A stretch of DNA of 64,000 bases from an uncultured delta proteobacterium (GTDB lineage Bacteria > Desulfobacterota > Binatia > UBA9968): NCBI GenBank assembly GCA_963771465.1, contig CAVYTU010000017.1:32001-96000 (forward strand), read 5' to 3'. Under the pieces are notes generated by a model that saw only the letters and a list, made by a program, of their open reading frames with translations, made no database searches and had not been told where the DNA came from. Positions 36,698-46,258 of this stretch are shown in pieces (position 1 is the stretch's first letter; every line of letters begins with the position of its first letter). A program made the translations under genes and the position numbers.

Positions 36698-37981
36698 CTA
36701 GCTTCGCGCCCGCGTGCAGATATCCAGCGCAATCAGCGCGTAGAGCTTCGCGGCGTTCACCATCACGTCGATCTCTATTTCTTCGTTGCGCGGACCGATG
36801 CGCCGGCCGCGCGGGCCGATCTTGATGGCGGGGATTCCCAATTCATTATAAGCGTTGGTGTCAGTCCAGATACTGGCGCGGTCGGCGGCTTCGTGTTTGA
36901 TCTTTTCTTTGAACAGATACTGAAAGACTTCTTCGGATGATTTGACTAGCGGTTCCACGTTTTTGCCTTCGTGACCGAGCAGCGACTTGTAGATGTCGAG
37001 TTGATAGTCGAGGCCGGTGGCGTTCAAGGTTTTTTCCAGCTCGTATTGGATCTGCACCGGGCGCACTTGCGGCGGCATGCGGATGTCGACGTAGATCGCG
37101 CACACGCCAGGAAAATAGTTGGGCCGGTAGGGCGCGCCGCCTTCGATGCCGCCGATGTTTACTTTCGGGTAGAGCGGGCCGGTGGGCGATTGATAGACGT
37201 ACTCGGTTTCGAATTGCGCGCCCCATTTTTCAATCGCCTCGATGATCTTGGTCATCTTCACGATCGCATTCATCTTGCTCATCGGATGGGTTTCGCGATT
37301 GCTGCCCCAGGCGGCTTCGGCTTTACCGAAAGTCTGGATTTTCACTTGCACCACGCCGTTCTGTGTCCAGACGATGTTCATGTCGGAGCCGTCGCAACAG
37401 ACGGCATAGTCGGAGTGCATGCCGTGAGTGAGCAAATGGCGCGTGCCGGCGCCTTCGCCGCGGTATTCTTTGGTCTGCCACGGGCCGATGGGCGTGCGTG
37501 AGATCTCGCCGACGACCGCGGCCAGGATCACGTCGCCTTTCAACGTCACGCCGCTTTTCTTGAGCGCTTTGCCGGCCATCATGAAGGCCGCCACGCCGCC
37601 TTTCATGTTCGAGATCCCCAACCCTTGAACTTTGTCGCCGACGATTTTGCCGGCCAGTTCCGACTGCGGTTCCATGATGGCGACCATGCGGCGGTCTTCT
37701 TCGGTGCCGGTGAAGCTGGTGTCGGTGTGGCCGTTAAAACCGAGGCTCAATCCCGTACCGTCGCCTTTGACCACGCCGATGGCATTGGGCCGATCGAACT
37801 CGACCTCCTGGCGGACGGCTTTGACGCCGTTGGCTTCGAACCAATTTAGAATAAATTCGCCGATGGCTTTTTCTTGCCCGGTGGGACTAGGGATGCTGGT
37901 GAGATCGGCGCCCAATTGCGCGAGCTCGTTGCGGTCGATTTGCGCCAAGACTTTGTTTGCGGCTTCAGTATCAAGTGCCAT
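36698..37981 (-). CDS. M20/ArgE-DapE-like metallopeptidase family protein with divergent metal site
   Basis: 'IPSPTGQE', 'NGHTDT', 'G.G..NMKGG' and 'VVGEI'; GGAGGA RBS. Confidence 0.82.
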   Translation of the reverse strand: MALDTEAANKVLAQIDRNELAQLGADLTSIPSPTGQEKAIGEFILNWFEANGVKAVRQEVEFDRPNAIGVVKGDGTGLSLGFNGHTDTSFTGTEEDRRMVAIMEPQSELAGKIVGDKVQGLGISNMKGGVAAFMMAGKALKKSGVTLKGDVILAAVVGEISRTPIGPWQTKEYRGEGAGTRHLLTHGMHSDYAVCCDGSDMNIVWTQNGVVQVKIQTFGKAEAAWGSNRETHPMSKMNAIVKMTKIIEAIEKWGAQFETEYVYQSPTGPLYPKVNIGGIEGGAPYRPNYFPGVCAIYVDIRMPPQVRPVQIQYELEKTLNATGLDYQLDIYKSLLGHEGKNVEPLVKSSEEVFQYLFKEKIKHEAADRASIWTDTNAYNELGIPAIKIGPRGRRIGPRNEEIEIDVMVNAAKLYALIALDICTRARS

Positions 37982-38169
37982 GGAAGTTCCTCCAAAATTG
38001 TTTTCATTAACTAACTAGCGGCTTTGTCTAAGTCAATCTGAGCAACGCCGTTGGACTCGTCTTGAAAAATGCTGCCCGGCTCTTTACTGTCTCGATTCAA
38101 AGGTTTCACCGATCCGCAAATCGCAGCATGCCACTGGCAGACAAATTCCGCATCGCTCTAAGGAGATCT

Positions 38170-38670
38170 ATGGACACTTCGACAGTCGTCATGATGGCGG
38201 CGGCGGTGATCATGTTCATCGCGGTTTACGCCAAATCGCCGGCGGCTGCGCAACACGGTCTCAATGCCACCGGGTCGCTGCTCCTGGAAATCACCCCGCG
38301 GATGATCGCGGCGTTTACGCTCGCCGGTTTGTTTCAGGCCGTCGTGCCGCAGGAACTGATCGTGCGTTGGATGGGACATGGCTCCGGTTGGCGTGGACTG
38401 CTGATCGGCATGTCGCTTGGCGGCGTGACGCCGGGCGGACCGATGACTCATTTTCCAGTGATCGCGTCGCTCTACAAGATGGGCGTCGGCGTCGGACCGA
38501 TGGTTGCCTACCTGAGCGCGTGGTCGCTATTTGGCCTGCAACGGATCATAATGTGGGAGATTCCATTCCTTGGGCCTAAAGTCGTGGCGATTCGCGTTGC
38601 GGTGAGTTTTCTCTTCCCGCTCTTAGCGGGTTGGCTCACCGAATTGATTTGGGATAGATTGAGCGTCTAA
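38170..38670 (+). CDS. Small DUF318/ArsP-like permease
   Basis: About 5 TM helices; 'G.TPGGP' and 'G.G.GPMVAYL.AW'; AAGGAG RBS before ATG 38170. Confidence 0.7.
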   Translation: MDTSTVVMMAAAVIMFIAVYAKSPAAAQHGLNATGSLLLEITPRMIAAFTLAGLFQAVVPQELIVRWMGHGSGWRGLLIGMSLGGVTPGGPMTHFPVIASLYKMGVGVGPMVAYLSAWSLFGLQRIIMWEIPFLGPKVVAIRVAVSFLFPLLAGWLTELIWDRLSV

Positions 38671-38676
38671 CTGAGC

Positions 38677-39951
38677 ATGAACCGGCGTGAGTTTCTCAAA
38701 ATATTAGGCGGGGCGGGGGTCGCAATCCCGGGCCTGTTAACGAGCTCATCCTGTGCGCCGGTCATCGTTCCGACCAATCCCGACACTGGGCTGTCACTGG
38801 GCTACGTTTGCGGCGATGTCACGGCGACTAGCGCACTTATCTGGCTGCGCGCCGAAGCTGACAGTGAGGTTGCGCTACAGTTTGGAGTCGACGCTGGTTT
38901 CGCCGAATTCAGTTCGACTAAGGCTTTCGCCGTCGATCCGAGCGCCGATCTTACGGCACAAATCTCGCTCGACAATTTGCAGCCATCGACGCGTTATTAT
39001 TATCGAGCGGTTGGCGGTAAATCGCCGGGACGGGTTGGCAGTTTTCTCACCGCGCCCCGGCCCGATGAAAATGCCAAGGTGAGCTTCTGCTTCAGCGGCG
39101 ATACTCGGGAAAGCTATCAGCCCTTTACTGTCATGCAGGCGGTGCAAGCACAGCGGACGGATTTTTTCTTACATTTAGGCGATACGATTTATGCGGACCG
39201 CGGCAGCAGCGCGCGCCGTGTGGAAGAGTTTTGGCAAAAATACCGGGCCAATCGCAACGATCCGTTTCAGCGCAATTGCTTCGCCACCACGAGCGTCTAC
39301 GCGCTGTGGGACGATCACGAAGTGGCAGACAACTATTTGCCGGGGAATCCGCTGGCACCGATCGGTCAGAAGGCTTTCCTGGATTATTGGCCGATTCGCC
39401 GCTCGGTGGCCGAACCGCAGCGCATCTATCGGTCGGCCCGTTGGGGCGGTGCGGTGGAATTGTTTTTGCTCGACACGCGCCAATATCGTGACCCGAAAAG
39501 CGCGACGATGCTTGGCCAATCCCAGTGTGCCTGGCTATTAGACGGCTTGGCGCGCTCGACAGCGGCGTTCAAGTTTGTCGCGACGGCGGTGCCGATGTCC
39601 GGCGGCGGCAGCGATCGCTGGGATGGCTATCCTAAAGAACGGGATAAAATCGTGCGCTTCATCAACGAGAAAAAATTGCCCGGCGTGGTTTTCTTGAGCG
39701 CCGACTTGCATTGCGCCGCGGTCTGCAGAATTCCCAAGAGCGGCGGGCTGCTCGATATTATAGCGGGGCCGCTGGCGGCGCCGCTCAATCGGGTGACCAA
39801 CGGCACGAACCGGCGCTACGAGTTTTTTCGCGCTGAGAATTTCAACTTTGCCAAGATCACTGTCGATCCTAAAGTCAATGCCAACGAAGCGATGCTCGAA
39901 TTTATCGATCAGGACAATCAAGTGTTTTACACCAGGAAGCTGCGCGCCTGA
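38677..39951 (+). CDS. phoD: Alkaline phosphatase D family protein, Tat-exported
   Basis: 'NRREFLK' twin-arginine motif; 'LHLGDTIYAD', 'WDDHE', 'LDTRQYR', 'WDGY' and 'SADLH'. Confidence 0.88.
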   Translation: MNRREFLKILGGAGVAIPGLLTSSSCAPVIVPTNPDTGLSLGYVCGDVTATSALIWLRAEADSEVALQFGVDAGFAEFSSTKAFAVDPSADLTAQISLDNLQPSTRYYYRAVGGKSPGRVGSFLTAPRPDENAKVSFCFSGDTRESYQPFTVMQAVQAQRTDFFLHLGDTIYADRGSSARRVEEFWQKYRANRNDPFQRNCFATTSVYALWDDHEVADNYLPGNPLAPIGQKAFLDYWPIRRSVAEPQRIYRSARWGGAVELFLLDTRQYRDPKSATMLGQSQCAWLLDGLARSTAAFKFVATAVPMSGGGSDRWDGYPKERDKIVRFINEKKLPGVVFLSADLHCAAVCRIPKSGGLLDIIAGPLAAPLNRVTNGTNRRYEFFRAENFNFAKITVDPKVNANEAMLEFIDQDNQVFYTRKLRA

Positions 39952-39995
39952 GGATGCTCGCCGCGTCGGCTAATCGTCAGTGCCGCACAGTCTCG

Positions 39996-40084
39996 TGTCA
40001 TTCCGAACGGAGTGAGGAATCTCCACCGGCTAGCGGTTAAACAAATTCAAAAAGCATATCCTTGGGCTTCGCCTCAGGATGACA
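39996..40084. repeat. REP-like bipartite palindromic element between convergent genes
   Basis: TGTCATTCCGAACGGAGTGAGGAATCTC ... CTTCGCCTCAGGATGACA; inverted ends TGTCAT/ATGACA with internal small hairpins. Confidence 0.7.
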
Positions 40085-40126
40085 AAGGGAGGTTGGTTTG
40101 AGTCATCGCCGGGGTGGGACGGTGTA

Positions 40127-41104
40127 TTAGTTCTGCTTACGGCGGTAGTCGAGCGCTTCCGGATTGAGCGCCCGCGTGAGTTTGCCTTCCATGTAATCGA
40201 GTATGTTAGTGACGGCGTTTTCGGCGAAGCCTTTGAAGCCGGAATCTGTGGGCCAACCGAGATGGGGCGTGATGACGACGTTGTCGAGCTGAGTGAGCGG
40301 ATGAGATCTCGCCAGGGGCTCTTCGACGAAGACATCGAGGGCTGCGCCGGCGATGGTTTTCTCTTTAAGAATTTTCACCAGAGCCGTTTCATCGACGATG
40401 GCGCCGCGGGCCGTGTTGACCAGATAGGCCGACTTTTTCATCAGGCGCAGCCGTGCTTCATTCAACAGATTTTGGCTTTGCTCGGATAATTTTAAATGCA
40501 CGCTGATCACGTCGGCGCTTCCTAGGACATCTTCTAATGGCATGAACGTCGCGTCAGATTTGGCCGCGCGTTCTTGTGTGAGCGTCGGTCCCCAAGCGAT
40601 CACTTTCATGCCGAAGGCGCGTGCAACGGCCGCGACTTCGGTGCCGATTTTACCGAGCCCGAGTATGCCGATCGTCTTGCCTTTGAGCACATAGCCCAAT
40701 ACCAGCGGCCATTCGCCGCGGCGCATGGCCTGATCGCTTTGAGAAATCCGCCGCATGACATCGAGCATCAAGCCAAAGGTCAACTCCGTCGTGCTATTGC
40801 CGCCCGGCGCCAAGCTGACGACGATGCCGCGCTCGGTCGCCGCGTCCATGTCGATGTGGTAGGCGTGATTGCCGGTCTGCGAGATGAACTGGAGATCGGC
40901 GAGTTTTCCGAGCAAGGCGGCGGGAAACTTCGTCCGTTCGCGAACCGGAATGATCGCTTGGCTGCCCTTCAGTTTGTCGACGAGTTCGTCTTCATGGGCA
41001 AGCTTTTCGGTGAAAATCTGCACGTCGGCTTTTTGACGCAACCGCGCGATCGCCTCGGTGGGCGCAATGGCATGCTGGTAGTCGTCGAGGACGGTGACTT
41101 TCAT
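40127..41104 (-). CDS. D-2-hydroxyacid dehydrogenase family protein
   Basis: 'LDDYQ', 'RERT', 'GLGKIG', 'NTARG', 'LDVF..EP' and 'TPHLG'. Confidence 0.92.
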   Translation of the reverse strand: MKVTVLDDYQHAIAPTEAIARLRQKADVQIFTEKLAHEDELVDKLKGSQAIIPVRERTKFPAALLGKLADLQFISQTGNHAYHIDMDAATERGIVVSLAPGGNSTTELTFGLMLDVMRRISQSDQAMRRGEWPLVLGYVLKGKTIGILGLGKIGTEVAAVARAFGMKVIAWGPTLTQERAAKSDATFMPLEDVLGSADVISVHLKLSEQSQNLLNEARLRLMKKSAYLVNTARGAIVDETALVKILKEKTIAGAALDVFVEEPLARSHPLTQLDNVVITPHLGWPTDSGFKGFAENAVTNILDYMEGKLTRALNPEALDYRRKQN

Positions 41105-41106
41105 GG

Positions 41107-41496
41107 TCAAATGACCGCAATGCCGGCGATTTCGATCAAGTAGTCCGGATTGGCAAGCCCGCTGACGATGACCAGTGTGCTCGTCGGCGGAGTCTTTTTG
41201 TACTGCGTGCTGCGCACCCGGTTATAACCTTCGCGGTGTTCTCTCCCGGTGATGTAGGTGGTGGTCATGACGAGATTGTCCAGCGTGCCGCCGGCGGCTT
41301 TCAACACGGCGCGCAGATTGTCGAAGACTTGCCGGGTTTGCGCTTCGATATCGCCTTTGCCGACGACGTTGCCGTCTTTGTCGGAAGCGGTTTGGCCGGC
41401 GACAAAGAGCAGCTTGCCGCCGCTATTCAGAATTCCCTGGCTATAGCGTGGACGCGGATCGTTCAAGGTTTTCGGTTGAATCACTTTTCGCGGCAT
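41107..41496 (-). CDS. Rid (YjgF/YER057c/UK114) family protein
   Basis: 'YSQG', 'VAGQ', 'QTRQV..NL' and 'PTSTLV.V.GL..P.YLIEI'. Confidence 0.88.
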   Translation of the reverse strand: MPRKVIQPKTLNDPRPRYSQGILNSGGKLLFVAGQTASDKDGNVVGKGDIEAQTRQVFDNLRAVLKAAGGTLDNLVMTTTYITGREHREGYNRVRSTQYKKTPPTSTLVIVSGLANPDYLIEIAGIAVI

Positions 41497-41508
41497 GTTG
41501 TTCCTCCT

Positions 41509-42516
41509 TCAGTTTTTCGTCGGGTAGCGTTTTGCCATTTCGTTGAAGAAGCCTTCCTTTTCTAACTCTTGGAGAAAGCTCAAGTCAACGAATTGTTCGG
41601 GTTTAAAATTCTTGGCGTTGGGCAGCGTCGGCGCGAGCACGTCGAGCATGAACTGAATGCCTTTCATGGTCGGGTAAGGCTTCTTGGGAATCGACTTGAT
41701 GTAACCGTTGTAAGAATCTTCAAGCACTTCCGGATTGTTGGTGCGCATGTATTTGGCGAAGACTTTCTGCGCCGCCGCTTTGTTGGCGTAAACCAGATAG
41801 ATCGCCTCGACAAAGCCTTTGAGCGCGCTTTTGACGACGTCGCGGTTGGCGGCGATATAGGCGCGCGACGTGGCGAAACCGTTGCCTTGCACTTCGACGC
41901 CGAGATCGCCGACCGAAACGATTTCCGTCAAGCCCGCCTTGCGCGCCAGCGGCGCCGCCGAGGAGGAGACGTAGGTCGCATCCAAGACCCCGGTGGTGAC
42001 ACTGGCGATACGCTCGGTGTCCAGACCTGCCGGGACCAGGGTCAATTCTTTCAATTCAACGCCGATATGGCGGGCGACAATGATCGAGGCGTAATGAGTT
42101 GCCGAATTGAAACCAGTAATGCCGATCTTCTTGCCCTTGAGCTGCTCCAACTGGGTGATGCCGGGACGAGTGAACACGATCAGGTCGTATTTATTTTCCA
42201 CCGCCGCGGTGAGCACCAGATTATGGCCTTGAATCGTCGCCTGCACGACAGTGCCGATGTTGACGATCGGCGGATCGCCGCTGACCAACGCTTGTGTGGC
42301 AACTTGACCGCCGCGGAAAAGAATAGGTTCCACTTCCAGGCCATACTTGTTGAAGAGCCCCATCTCGCGCGCGACCCAGACGTTGCTCTGGCGAAAACTG
42401 AGCGACGGGTAGCCGATCTTGATGCGCTTGAGGGTCTGCGCGTCGGCGACACCGAATTGGCATAGGACGATTAGGGCGAATAGGACGAATATTTTCGTCA
42501 AAGCTAATCTATTTAC
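41509..42516 (-). CDS. NMT1/SsuA-like ABC substrate-binding protein (tandem copy B)
   Basis: Signal peptide from GTG 42516; 'GLFNKYGLEVE', 'LKGKKIGI', 'KPYPT' and 'FVDLSFLQELEKEGFF'. Confidence 0.85.
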   Translation of the reverse strand, partial: VNRLALTKIFVLFALIVLCQFGVADAQTLKRIKIGYPSLSFRQSNVWVAREMGLFNKYGLEVEPILFRGGQVATQALVSGDPPIVNIGTVVQATIQGHNLVLTAAVENKYDLIVFTRPGITQLEQLKGKKIGITGFNSATHYASIIVARHIGVELKELTLVPAGLDTERIASVTTGVLDATYVSSSAAPLARKAGLTEIVSVGDLGVEVQGNGFATSRAYIAANRDVVKSALKGFVEAIYLVYANKAAAQKVFAKYMRTNNPEVLEDSYNGYIKSIPKKPYPTMKGIQFMLDVLAPTLPNAKNFKPEQFVDLSFLQELEKEGFFNEMAKRYPTKN

Positions 42517-43501
42517 TCGGATATCTTTTCGCCATCTCATTGAAGAACCCTTCTTTTTCCAATTCTTGGAGAAAGCTCAGATCGACAAATTGTTCCGGCT
42601 TGGCGTTTTTCGCCTGGGGCAGTTGCGGCGCGACCAGGTCGAGCATGTACTGAATGCCCTTGAGCGTGGGGTAGGGCTTCTTCGGAATCCACTTGATGTA
42701 GCCATTGTAAGAATCTTCGAGCATCTCCGGATCATTGGTGCGCATGTATTTGGCGAAGACTCTTTGCGCCTCTTTCTTGTTGGCGAAGACAAAATAAATC
42801 GCTTCGACGAAACCCTTGAGCGCGTTTTTCACAGTGTCACGGTTGCTCGCAATATAGCTGCGCGAAGTGGCAAATCCGTTGCCTTGTACTTCGACCCCCA
42901 AATCGGCAACGGAGAACAGCTCTACGAAGCCATTCTTGCGTGCCGGGGCTGCCGCCGAAGAGGTGAAGAATGTTGCGTCGATCCTGCCGGCCAACATGGC
43001 TCCCATCCGTTCCGCGTCCGGTCCAGTGGGAACCAGCGCGACGTCTTTGTTTACCTCCAGGTTAAGGTGCTGGAACAGGATATTGGCCGCGTTATGGGTC
43101 GCCGAGCCGTAGCCGCTGATGCCGAACTTCTTGCCTTTGAGTTCTTCGAGCTTGCTGATGCCTTTGCGGGCGAAAACGATCTGATCGTATTTGGTTTCGA
43201 CGGCAGCGATCAGCACGAGGTTATAGCCTTGCAGGCTCGCTTGCACCACCGTGCCGATGTTGACGATGGGCGGATCGCCGGCGACCAGCGCCTGGGTCGC
43301 CATCTGGCCGCCGCGTAAAAAGATCGGTTCAACCTCGAGGCCGTATTTCGCGAACAGTCCCATCTCCCGTGCGACCCAGACGTTGCTTTGGCGGAAACTC
43401 AGCGACGGATAGCCGATGCGGATACGCTTCAATGTTTGGCCGTCGGCGGCCGTGCACATGAATAGGACAACTGGGAGCAATAGGGCCAATGATTTTTTCA
43501 C
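42509..43501 (-). CDS. NMT1/SsuA-like ABC substrate-binding protein (tandem copy A)
   Basis: AAGGTG RBS before GTG 43501; signal peptide; long identical blocks shared with copy B. Confidence 0.85.
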   Translation of the reverse strand: MKKSLALLLPVVLFMCTAADGQTLKRIRIGYPSLSFRQSNVWVAREMGLFAKYGLEVEPIFLRGGQMATQALVAGDPPIVNIGTVVQASLQGYNLVLIAAVETKYDQIVFARKGISKLEELKGKKFGISGYGSATHNAANILFQHLNLEVNKDVALVPTGPDAERMGAMLAGRIDATFFTSSAAAPARKNGFVELFSVADLGVEVQGNGFATSRSYIASNRDTVKNALKGFVEAIYFVFANKKEAQRVFAKYMRTNDPEMLEDSYNGYIKWIPKKPYPTLKGIQYMLDLVAPQLPQAKNAKPEQFVDLSFLQELEKEGFFNEMAKRYPSK

Positions 43502-43626
43502 GTTACACCTTTCGATGAATGATTGATTACCATGTTCAGCCCATTTGATCGCTTCGTCGTTGCGGCAGCTGTCGACATATTCGCTCGGCGGTGGGAACAG
43601 GAGACAAAGGTATGCGCAATATGTCA

Positions 43627-43707
43627 TCGAGGATCGAAGGTCGAGAATGGAAAATCGAGAATCGAGGATTGCTAGCATTGAGCATCGACCTCCAGCTTCG
43701 ATCCTCG
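43627..43707. repeat. Heptamer tandem array (TCGAGRA x6) with a degenerate inverted arm
   Basis: TCGAGGA TCGAAGG TCGAGAA TGGAAAA TCGAGAA TCGAGGA, then ...CTTCGATCCTCG. Confidence 0.65.
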
Positions 43708-43744
43708 GCTCGTGCCAATCGATTCTAACTGACCGCGCCTCCCA

Positions 43745-46258
43745 TCAACGGTATAACTCTGGATCGGCGCCGGCGTTGGTGCCGGTGCGGATGTGCGGAT
43801 AAAGCGAAACGCCGCCGGGGCGGCCTTGAACCATGAAGTCGATGGGTATGAAGCCATCGAGTAGCGGGATTGGCAACTGGACGCCGGCGAAGGCGCCGCC
43901 GCGATCGTTGCCGACAGCGAGCTGATTACCCCAGAGTCCCGTAGGCAGGGTGCCGGTCATGCTGAAGCGGCTCGCTGATATGCTGCCCTGCATCGGCGGC
44001 AATTGGTATTTGCTGCCGGGGTCGCGTTCGTTGTCGCTGAGCATTTGACTGTCTAACACTCTGGGGAAATTGCCGGTCGGGCCGCCGGCTTCGCGCACCA
44101 AGGTCAATGTTGCTTCCTCTCGTTCCTCGTTGCCGGCGCCGCGCCGTTCCCGTTCTGCTCGAATAATCGATCCGGGAAGATTTCTAATGCCGCCGACGCT
44201 ATCTCTTGCCCGTTGATTCACGTCGGCGAGGGCGACCTGGAGATTTTTCTCGCGCAAGGTGACGAAGAAACGCTCGGTGGTGGTTTTGGGCAGCGCATAG
44301 CTTTCGCTGCGCACGCCCCAGGGCGTCTGATAATAGACGAGCACTTCGCTATCGGTAACGAGATTGACACCGCGGTCGGCGAGCTCCAAGTTTTGCGCCT
44401 TGCCGTCGAACAGAGAGGCTTTCAGGCCAAGGCCGCGCGGGCCGTACAGCTCGGGATGCTCCATGAGAAACTGTTTGCTCATGCGCAAGCCCTGATTCTC
44501 TTGCTTAGCCGCGATGGCCAGCGATTTCATCGCTTCGGCTGCGGCCGGCGTATCGGGATGCTGGTCGATCACGCTGGTGAGATAATATTCGCGCAAATCG
44601 CGCTCCGAGCTTTTGCTCGCCGCGTTGAGCAGCGCCTTGGCCGATTTGTCCTTGAGGGCGGCCAGTTTCTCTTTGGGCGATCCCGCCAGTTCATGATAGC
44701 TGATCGCTTTGTCCAGCAGGCCGCGCTCTTCAAAGGCGTTGGCCAGGACTTGGTAAACTTCCGCGGCGTTGTCAGAGTTGGGATGGTTGCGCACGTAGGC
44801 AACGCCGGCATCGATGATCGGTTGAGCCGAAATCGGATTGTTGGTCATCACCGCATAAAAGTTCGTGCTCACCATCAGCGCATTGGCCATGCCCAAGCTC
44901 GCCACGGCCGCCGGACCGGCGGCAGCCATCGCGCCGGCGGCAAATAATAAATTCTTGCGCAAAAAATCCTCGCCGAGCAGCACGTATTTTGCGGATTGCA
45001 GCTGGCGATCCGTGCGCGCATCGTGAAACGGCGTGAGCAAATTGTATTCGGGACTCTGCAACAGCGCCGCGGCGCGTTGCCTCAGTTCGGGACTGCTGCT
45101 CGACTTGGCCAGCTCTTCGAGAGTTTTCTTGGCCGCCTCGCGCCAACCTTTTAGCTCTAGACCGACGGACTCGGCGTCGCGGGCGGCGTCGCCGAGCGGC
45201 TTGCCGTGGTATTTTCTGTCGAGGTCGATGGCGACGCGCTGGATCTGATTGCTGTCGCGTAAGCTCAGTGCTTGCAGCAGTCTGCTGACATCGGCCTTTT
45301 GCTCGGCGCTGCTATTCGACTCGGTGACCGCGGCCAAGGATTTTTTCTGCGCTGCGGCCTTTTCGCCAAGCGCTTTTTGCGCCTGCTCGCGGAGCTGCTC
45401 CGCGTCCTTCGATTGCGCGTCGAGGAACGACGCCAACTCGCCGTGAAATATCGCTTTGTCGAAGTCGCCCTTGGCCAGCGCTTCCTTGGCTTTGTCGAGC
45501 TGTTTACGTATCAGCGCCTCTTTCTTCTTCTTTTCGAGAGTGGCGATTTCTTTAGCGATGGCGGCATTTTTCGGGTCGTTGGGATAGCGTTTCAAGTGAT
45601 CGAGATCGCGCGCCAGCGCGCGCCGCTCTTCAATCGCCATGTCGCGGTCCATGAGCGCGTAAAGTTGTCCAACGGCGGTTTCCGCGGCGGCGCCGATGAA
45701 GTTGCCTGAAGCCACGCCAACGAGATCCACCGAGCTCAGTAAACGATTGGCCAAACCGCCCCAAAAATTGGTCGAGCTCTGGCGCATGAGCTGTTCACTC
45801 TGGTTTAGGTCGTCGCGGTTGATGATCGCTTCGAGATATTTCTGTCGAGTCGGCGCGCTGCTGTTTCTCAGGGCGTCTTTCTGCGCCGCCAGGTAACGCT
45901 CGCGGTCGTGGATCGTGTTATTGACCAAATCCTGGGCATGCTCGGTGAGGCCGGTGGTCGTGCCATGCTGTTTTTGCAGCCGGTCGTCTTCGGCTTGGAG
46001 CGCTTGCAGATGGCCCGCCAAGGATTCCTTTCGATTGGTCAACGCATCGATCAACAGTTCGCGCGCCCGCTTGTCGGTATCATCGGGGAAAAACTGCGGC
46101 GTCGTGCCGGCTTTCTCAAAGGGATCGTAATCCGGCATGGGATTGAGAATCTTTTCCAATTCCAATTGCCGTTCCTGAGCGGCGCCCTGGGTGATTGTCA
46201 CGGCTAGGAGCGCGAGGCACAAAGAGAGTGCGATCAGAGTGTTGGCTTGGCGCTTCAT
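43745..46258 (-). CDS. Large secreted hypothetical protein with TPR-like helices
   Basis: 837 aa; signal peptide; helical repeats such as 'YQVLANAFEERG..DKAI.Y'; ATGA overlap with the upstream gene. Confidence 0.75.
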   Translation of the reverse strand: MKRQANTLIALSLCLALLAVTITQGAAQERQLELEKILNPMPDYDPFEKAGTTPQFFPDDTDKRARELLIDALTNRKESLAGHLQALQAEDDRLQKQHGTTTGLTEHAQDLVNNTIHDRERYLAAQKDALRNSSAPTRQKYLEAIINRDDLNQSEQLMRQSSTNFWGGLANRLLSSVDLVGVASGNFIGAAAETAVGQLYALMDRDMAIEERRALARDLDHLKRYPNDPKNAAIAKEIATLEKKKKEALIRKQLDKAKEALAKGDFDKAIFHGELASFLDAQSKDAEQLREQAQKALGEKAAAQKKSLAAVTESNSSAEQKADVSRLLQALSLRDSNQIQRVAIDLDRKYHGKPLGDAARDAESVGLELKGWREAAKKTLEELAKSSSSPELRQRAAALLQSPEYNLLTPFHDARTDRQLQSAKYVLLGEDFLRKNLLFAAGAMAAAGPAAVASLGMANALMVSTNFYAVMTNNPISAQPIIDAGVAYVRNHPNSDNAAEVYQVLANAFEERGLLDKAISYHELAGSPKEKLAALKDKSAKALLNAASKSSERDLREYYLTSVIDQHPDTPAAAEAMKSLAIAAKQENQGLRMSKQFLMEHPELYGPRGLGLKASLFDGKAQNLELADRGVNLVTDSEVLVYYQTPWGVRSESYALPKTTTERFFVTLREKNLQVALADVNQRARDSVGGIRNLPGSIIRAERERRGAGNEEREEATLTLVREAGGPTGNFPRVLDSQMLSDNERDPGSKYQLPPMQGSISASRFSMTGTLPTGLWGNQLAVGNDRGGAFAGVQLPIPLLDGFIPIDFMVQGRPGGVSLYPHIRTGTNAGADPELYR

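Noticed and set aside
41569-43318. Two ~300-aa plus-strand ORFs that resemble each other
   Set aside because: They are antisense shadows of the tandem SBP genes, and their similarity is inherited from that duplication.
43502-43678. N-terminal extension 'MLAILDSRFSILDLRSS...' of the SBP
   Set aside because: It is a translation of the heptamer repeat array; the RBS-supported start is GTG 43501.
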